Assembly (NCBI GenBank): GCA_019058365.1
Contig: JAHPZE010000018.1
Location: forward strand, 17,801 to 81,800
DNA length: 64,000 nt
Source of the DNA: Promethearchaeota archaeon
GTDB taxonomy: Archaea > Asgardarchaeota > Lokiarchaeia > Sigyniarchaeales > SOKP01
Direction of reading: 5' to 3'
Positions 58,498 to 64,000 of this stretch are shown in pieces. The position numbers and the translations under genes were made by a program. Below the pieces are notes generated by a model, which was not told the origin of the DNA, made no database searches, and saw only the letters and a list, made by a program, of their open reading frames with translations. Position 1 is the first letter of the stretch; each line of letters opens with the position of its first letter.

Positions 58498-61308
58498 ATG
58501 ATTGAAGCACATGATAAATCCATCGAAGAATTATACAAAATTTTAAATATAAATAAAGAAGGATTATCTTCTCTGGAAGCTGAACAACGATTAGAGATAT
58601 ATGGGAAAAATGAATTAGCTACCGGTAAAAAAGTAAATCCATTTATTATCTTTTTTAATCAGTTCAGAGATTTATTAGTACTTATTTTAATTGTAGCAGG
58701 TGTGATTACAGCTGTTTTAGGAATTATTGAAAGAGATGAAAGTATTATTATTGAAGTTATCGCCATAACTATCGTGATCTTTTTAAATGCTGGACTTGGT
58801 TTTTATCAAGAATTTTCCGCTGAAAAAGCTATTGAAGCTCTTCAATCCTTAGCAACAAGCGAGATTATTGTCCTACGTGATAATGAAAAAAAAAAAATGA
58901 AAGCAGAATATCTAGTACCAGGTGATATAGTATTTTTAGAAGCCGGAAATGTCATTCCTGCTGATATACGACTGATAAAAAGCTATGAAATCAATGTAAG
59001 TGAGGCAATTTTAACAGGAGAATCACTATCAGTAAGAAAAAGTGTTACGATTTTACCTCAAGGCACTCCTTTAGCTGAAAGAAAGAATATGCTATATAAA
59101 GGAACTACAACTACAAATGGTTCTGGAAAAGGATTAGTAACATCCACAGGGGTTAATACTGAATTAGGTAAAATCTCCACTTCTCTATCTGAAATTGAAA
59201 GGGAAGACACACCTATTCAAAAAAAGCTGAGACTGTTAGCTAAACAATTAACTCTTTTTATAATTATCATAGCAAGTGTTATTTTCCTCATTCAAATAAT
59301 AGTTATCGGTCCAGAAGAATTTTCAGAATTGTTTATTTTTGCTATAGGACTAGCCGTTGCAGCTGTGCCCGAAGGACTTCCTGCGGTTATGACACTCTCA
59401 TTAGCAATAGGAATAACTCGAATGGCACAAAAAAATGCTCTTATACGAAAGCTTCCAGCAGTGGAAGTACTTGGTTCCAGTACTGTAATCTCAACTGATA
59501 AAACCGGTACTTTAACTAAAAATGAAATGACTGTCCAACTTGTTTGGACTATAAATCATCAATATAGTGTTACAGGAATTGGATATACAAACACCGGGAA
59601 TATCATGAAGGTTGAAACTGCTAAGCAAATTACCCCTGATTATAAACCAGAATTAGAATCTCTAATAGAAATTGGAACACTTGCAAATGAAGCGAGTATA
59701 GAATTCCAAGGTGAAGGAAAGCCCTATAAAACATTTGGGGATCCAACAGAAATAGCATTATTGATTTTAGCAGAAAAAGGACAAAACGTTGAGGTTATTA
59801 AAGATAACTGGGATATCGACTATGTATTTCCATTTGATAGTGATCGAAAAAGAATGAGTGCTATAGTGAAAAATAAAATCACAGGTCATTATAGAATTAT
59901 GGTAAAGGGTGCCCTTGACATTATGATTGATCGATGTATATCTTATTTAGAAAATGGTATAAATGTTGAATTAACTCCAGAAAGGAAAGAAAAAATTATC
60001 AAGATCTCCGAACGTTTTTCTGCAAATTTTGCTTATCGTATATTAGGATTTGCTTTAAGAGACATTACTTCTGAAGAAGCGGAGCGACTACTAAATGAGA
60101 AAGAAAGTCAGTTAGTTGAAGTTAATCTTACATTTGTAGGGTTTGTAGGAATGATCGATCCTCCTAGAGAAACATCCCACCCAGCTGTATTAAAAGCAAA
60201 AGAAGCAGGTATTAAAGTAAAAATGATAACCGGAGATCATAAGGAGACAGCTAAAGCAATTGGAAAGGAGATTGGAATTTGTGGAACAATGGAACCTATT
60301 ACGGGAACTATGCTTGAACAAATGTCAGATGAGGACTTAGAGAAAGTGATTGAGGATGTTGAGATCTTCGCTAGAGTAGATCCTTCTCATAAATTACGTA
60401 TAATAAATGCATTAAAAAAAAATGATGAGATTGTAATCATGACAGGTGATGGTGTAAATGACGCTCCCGCTCTCAAGAGGGCAGATATTGGCGTTGCTAT
60501 GGGGATTACTGGAACAGATGTAGCTAAAGAAGCTAGTGATATGATATTAGTTGATGATAATTTCGCAAATATCATCGAAGCTGTAAGTGAAGGAAGAAGG
60601 ATCTATGATAATATAAAAAAGTTCATTACGTATTTATTATCTGCAAATATTGGTGAAGTATTTACAGTATTAGCTATTGTGATACTAGGACTTTTATTTT
60701 TCGGCCATATATTTCTCCCGCTCCTAGCGATCCAATTATTATATATAAACTTAGTTACTGATACATTTCCTGCTCTTGCTTTAGGTGTCAGTGCTCCCGA
60801 AGGAGATTTAATGCAAAGAAACCCAAGAGATCCAAAAGAACCATTATTAACAAAAAATTTAGTAATCTTTATAATGCTATTTGGAATCTTGAATGCTTTA
60901 GGGTGCGTTTATTTATTTCTATGGAGTATTGATTTCAATTTAGCGATAAATATTATAACCATGGACTTAACACGACAAAGAACCATCATTTTTGCCGCAT
61001 TAGTTATATATCAAACAATAGAATGCCTTAGTGTCAGTACAAACACCCATATTTTTTCAAAAAAAACTTTTGAGAATAAAGTGTTAATTGGTGCTATATT
61101 ACTGGGGATTTTCTTACTTCTTTTTGCAATATATACTCCATTTTTACAGATTTTTATCAAAACTTATCCTCTTGAACCGATAGATTGGCTAATGATTTTG
61201 ATTACTACTATTATGATCCTCATCTTCACAGAATTATATGAAAAACTAGTATTTAATCGCGAAACCAATGATTTGCTGAACCACATCGAAAAAAAGAAAA
61301 ATTGCTAA
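58498..61308 (+). CDS. P-type ATPase, type IIA (Ca2+-transporting)
   Basis: [52 protein letters not shown]. Confidence 0.95.
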   Translation: MIEAHDKSIEELYKILNINKEGLSSLEAEQRLEIYGKNELATGKKVNPFIIFFNQFRDLLVLILIVAGVITAVLGIIERDESIIIEVIAITIVIFLNAGLGFYQEFSAEKAIEALQSLATSEIIVLRDNEKKKMKAEYLVPGDIVFLEAGNVIPADIRLIKSYEINVSEAILTGESLSVRKSVTILPQGTPLAERKNMLYKGTTTTNGSGKGLVTSTGVNTELGKISTSLSEIEREDTPIQKKLRLLAKQLTLFIIIIASVIFLIQIIVIGPEEFSELFIFAIGLAVAAVPEGLPAVMTLSLAIGITRMAQKNALIRKLPAVEVLGSSTVISTDKTGTLTKNEMTVQLVWTINHQYSVTGIGYTNTGNIMKVETAKQITPDYKPELESLIEIGTLANEASIEFQGEGKPYKTFGDPTEIALLILAEKGQNVEVIKDNWDIDYVFPFDSDRKRMSAIVKNKITGHYRIMVKGALDIMIDRCISYLENGINVELTPERKEKIIKISERFSANFAYRILGFALRDITSEEAERLLNEKESQLVEVNLTFVGFVGMIDPPRETSHPAVLKAKEAGIKVKMITGDHKETAKAIGKEIGICGTMEPITGTMLEQMSDEDLEKVIEDVEIFARVDPSHKLRIINALKKNDEIVIMTGDGVNDAPALKRADIGVAMGITGTDVAKEASDMILVDDNFANIIEAVSEGRRIYDNIKKFITYLLSANIGEVFTVLAIVILGLLFFGHIFLPLLAIQLLYINLVTDTFPALALGVSAPEGDLMQRNPRDPKEPLLTKNLVIFIMLFGILNALGCVYLFLWSIDFNLAINIITMDLTRQRTIIFAALVIYQTIECLSVSTNTHIFSKKTFENKVLIGAILLGIFLLLFAIYTPFLQIFIKTYPLEPIDWLMILITTIMILIFTELYEKLVFNRETNDLLNHIEKKKNC

Positions 61309-61881
61309 AAAATAATAAAATAATGTTTATTTACTTATCCTAATCTTTAATTAGAAGAACAAGTCAATTAATACTTTATTTTTTATTTCTATTATATCAA
61401 AACATATATTAAGTCTTAAAAAAATAAAAGGCATCCTTAATAGATAATGGTCCGAACAAGTACTTATTAGCAAGATCTAGAGTAAACATATTAGTTACTC
61501 TCTTTAAAATTGCTGTTAATACATGGGAAACACCTATGTTATAATTCTATACAAGTCCGGAGGCATGTAGCTGTTCCCAGAATTAAAGTTAGAAATGGAA
61601 GACTTATATTTAAAAATTTATTATTGGTCTTTCTTAACATATCATGTATATGTCAGAAGTTTAATTATTTGCTTATAATTATTCTAAATTATTTTGATAA
61701 GTTATACATAATAGCTTATCCTGATCAAGATTATTATAATACTAAATTTTACCGCTTTCTACTTGTAAAGGTAATAGATTACTATACTTTAATCAAACAT
61801 TACAATAATTTACTAAAATTAAAATAATCTCTTATTATACTTATTGTAATCATATATTTGGTATGAATATTTAAAGGATAT

Positions 61882-61896
61882 TAACCGTTTCACGAA
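61882..61896 (-). repeat. Half site, type B (arm on right)
   Basis: TAACCG-TTTCACGAA. Confidence 0.85.
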
Positions 61897-61931
61897 GATA
61901 AATATTAGAGTGACAAAATTGAAGTTATTAT

Positions 61932-62363
61932 TTATGTAATATTGTATGATTCTATATCTAATCCAAATTGCTGGAAATGTCTTTTATTTCGAGTTATAAT
62001 TTTATCAGCATTCATCATTTTAGCTGTTGTACCTATTATACAATCTGCTAAATCAAGAATAATTCCTTGAGCCCTTAATTTTCCTTTAATATCTCCAGAT
62101 TCTTGGAGAATTTGAATATTGAGGGGCATAATATGAAACCCAGATAACACTTTTTCAATTTGATCCTTAATTTTCTTATAAATAGTTTCACCCTTCTTTT
62201 CTTTTGTATATCCTAATCCATCATATATTTCAGCAATAGAAATAATAGAAATACATAAAATCTCCTCTTTATATTTTTTTAAATGTATTTTTACTCCTGA
62301 TCTACCACGCCAGATATCAATTATGACTGTTGTATCAACAATAATCATAACTATTCTCCCCAT
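61932..62363 (-). CDS. vapC: VapC PIN-domain toxin
   Basis: IIVDTTVIID...SIAEI...LADCIIG...ITRNKRHF. Confidence 0.9.
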   Translation of the reverse strand: MGRIVMIIVDTTVIIDIWRGRSGVKIHLKKYKEEILCISIISIAEIYDGLGYTKEKKGETIYKKIKDQIEKVLSGFHIMPLNIQILQESGDIKGKLRAQGIILDLADCIIGTTAKMMNADKIITRNKRHFQQFGLDIESYNIT

Positions 62364-62617
62364 AATTCAGAAAATTTGGATATCGATTTCATTGCGTCAT
62401 TTTTTTTTGCTTCGATGATAGCTTTTTCAAATTCGTCTGCTAACTCAGATGAGAGATCTTTGGCAATACCAAAAAATTTCAAAGGATCTTTCTGCTGATT
62501 TGCAATCAACCGTTCTATTAATTCAGAAAAGCTCTCATTAGGGCTCTTTAGCTTTTTCAAATTTTTATAAACATCATCACGAATAGAAATCATTTTTGAA
62601 GTCATATAATCAATCAT
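62351..62617 (-). CDS. vapB: VapB-type antitoxin (archaeal DUF217/RHH-like)
   Basis: KMISIRDDVYKNLKKLKSPNESFSELIERL directly upstream of vapC. Confidence 0.85.
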   Translation of the reverse strand: MIDYMTSKMISIRDDVYKNLKKLKSPNESFSELIERLIANQQKDPLKFFGIAKDLSSELADEFEKAIIEAKKNDAMKSISKFSELWGE

Positions 62618-62763
62618 TTAATGACTAAATATTTATATAAATATTTATATCATAAGAGTTAATAAATTTTTTTATTTAATAAAGAAATATTGATATCTTT
62701 ATATCACCATTTATTTCATAATGTCAATCTAAACATTTCTTCTTTTTAATAAAATTAAAATTC

Positions 62764-62973
62764 ATGACTCAAGAATATCGATTGAAAGAGAGTAGTGAGA
62801 AATATCGGAAGTGATTAGTAAGCATGGCAGAAGCGGCTACCTTAGCAAATGTATCAATTTATAAAATGATGGAATATGTTGAACGTGAAAAGATTCAATC
62901 CCCTTCTTTAACTGATCCTGAAATGGAAGAGGATTTGAGGCGATCTAAAAAGCTATTTGAAGAAATTAAGTAA
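62764..62973 (+). pseudogene. UPF0175-like antitoxin remnant
   Basis: ...EKYRK*LVSMAEAATLANVSIYKMMEYV...EMEEDL; one in-frame TGA; no partner toxin follows. Confidence 0.6.
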
Positions 62974-63106
62974 TGAAGTAATTAAGTGCAGGAAGGGTCT
63001 CTTTTTATGGATAATTACTTGAATTCATATTAGAAAATTGCTATTTAAGAAGAATTAAATATCGTTTAAAGAGTAAATAAAAACTCTTAAATTTATTTTA
63101 AGACTT

Positions 63107-63121
63107 TAACCGTTTCTCGAA
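63107..63121 (-). repeat. Half site, type B (arm on right)
   Basis: TAACCG-TTTCTCGAA. Confidence 0.8.
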
Positions 63122-63364
63122 TAAATATAATATTGTTGTATATATTCAGGTAGTATCCAAATGATATAATCTAAATTTTAAGTAGATTTATTTAACATAA
63201 GTAGATTGAGTAAAAGGGAAAGTTTCATTAGTTTAATATTGTTAGATATGGTTTTTAATAATAAAATTTAATTCACAGCATTTCTTGAAGTAATATAGGA
63301 AATAAGATAATTTTTTCATAATTTTTTTATTTTTTAGATAAATTAGAAAAGTCTGGTAAGAATA

Positions 63365-63571
63365 ATGAATGAAATAATATTCCTTATTGAAGAATCTTTA
63401 GAAGGAGGTTATGAAGCAAGAGCCTTAGAAACCTCTATCCATACCGAAGCTGAAAACCTTACTGAATTAAAGGATTCTATTAGAGATGCTGTAAAATGTC
63501 ATTTTGATGAGGAAGAAAGACCCCATATAATACGATTACATTTTGTAAAAGAAGAGGTTATAACTTTATGA
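63365..63571 (+). CDS. HicB-like antitoxin
   Basis: EESLEGGYEARAL..SIHTEAENLTELKDSIRDAVKCHF, immediately upstream of a HicA remnant. Confidence 0.8.
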   Translation: MNEIIFLIEESLEGGYEARALETSIHTEAENLTELKDSIRDAVKCHFDEEERPHIIRLHFVKEEVITL

Positions 63572-63808
63572 AAATCCCGTGTAATTAGCGGGAAGAAACT
63601 ATCCAAATAACTAAAAAGATTTGGATTTGAAATCACAAGGAAGACGGGGAGTCATATGAGATTAACTACAACAATTAAAGGTGAATTTCATATTACTATT
63701 CCAAATCATAAGAGCTTGAAAGTAGGTACAATTAATAATATATTATCGGATATTGCAAAATACCTCGCAAGAGATAAGAATGATCTTATAAAGGTATTAT
63801 TCGGATAA
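63568..63808 (+). pseudogene. hicA: HicA toxin pseudogene
   Basis: MKIP/frameshift/ISGKKLSK*LKRFGFEITRKTGSHMRL...ITIPNHKSLKVGTINNILSDIA; one frameshift and one TAA. Confidence 0.8.
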
Positions 63809-64000
63809 GAAGGTACTCTATATCATAATATAGGTAAAAATGAATGTTGGGTAAAAAAGAAAGAAGAAATCCTAAATTTTGAAAAATCACATATTAATTA
63901 AAGAGTTATTTATTAAAATCACAATATAGTATAATACTATAAGAGACAATGTGATTGTTATGGATATAATTAGGATTTTAAATAAAAATAGAAATATCAT

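Noticed and set aside
61510-61827. 105-aa ORF downstream of the P-type ATPase
   Set aside because: TTG start, no RBS, no motif; probably spurious or decayed sequence.
939-62973. In-frame TGA codons as selenocysteine or an alternative genetic code
   Set aside because: The TGAs replace apparent Trp/Arg/Gly positions rather than Cys, comparable genes are broken by TAA, TAG and frameshifts, and TGA terminates intact genes such as drmA. Ordinary pseudogenisation is sufficient.
36697-63121. Repeat motif as a CRISPR array or canonical integron attC sites
   Set aside because: Spacing is irregular (0.13-8 kb) and the intervals contain genes, and no cas genes are present. The closely spaced pairs have GTTA before TAAC, the reverse of attC R''...R' order, with no long imperfect hairpin between them and no intI in the window.
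36697-63121. Repeat motif as a transcription-factor operator
   Set aside because: Not fully excluded, but sites occur downstream of genes and between convergent genes (42318), have a conserved asymmetric core, and their orientation depends on the side of the centre rather than on gene direction.
1-64000. Integrase, transposase, tRNA or rRNA genes
   Set aside because: No tyrosine/serine recombinase or DDE motifs were recognised in any ORF, and no GC-rich structured RNA segment was seen.

Overview
Very AT-rich archaeal DNA, most likely from an Asgard archaeon (Lokiarchaeia/Promethearchaeia-like). This is inferred from the Zn-ribbon+LRR protein, an Elf1 domain, GGTGA/GAGG ribosome-binding sites and archaeal-type toxin-antitoxin (TA) families. 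The window is essentially one large defence/accessory island. No rRNA, tRNA, CRISPR array, transposase or integrase was recognised. The left half (1-36.6 kb) holds: a putative operon wHTH-CARF > SMODS/CD-NTase > HEPN > Shedu-like nuclease; a restriction-nuclease cluster (PD-(D/E)XK, HNH, AspBHI-like, broken Mrr-like) bracketed by a ~300-bp diverged direct repeat; a variant DISARM locus (drmA, drmB, UvrD, NERD-helicase, MIG/MutY-type glycosylase, plus an opposite-strand C5-MTase and GHKL ATPase) flanked by Elf1- and KOW-domain fusion proteins; and a PIN > unknown > short Rad50 triad. The right half (36.7-64 kb) is a series of unrelated cargo modules: TA pairs, a STAND-TPR protein, a SAMHD1-like HD protein, nucleases, Ca2+ transporters and an EEP nuclease. 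These are separated by 15 recognisable intergenic copies of one motif (plus one collapsed copy): TTCGTGAAA + a 6-bp asymmetric core, TAACCG or CGGTTA. The copies are arranged in mirror symmetry around a single complete palindromic site at 42318-42343, and the core orientation alternates. This dif/lox-like cassette array is the most striking unexplained structure in the window. All protein calls come from motif reading, not database searches.
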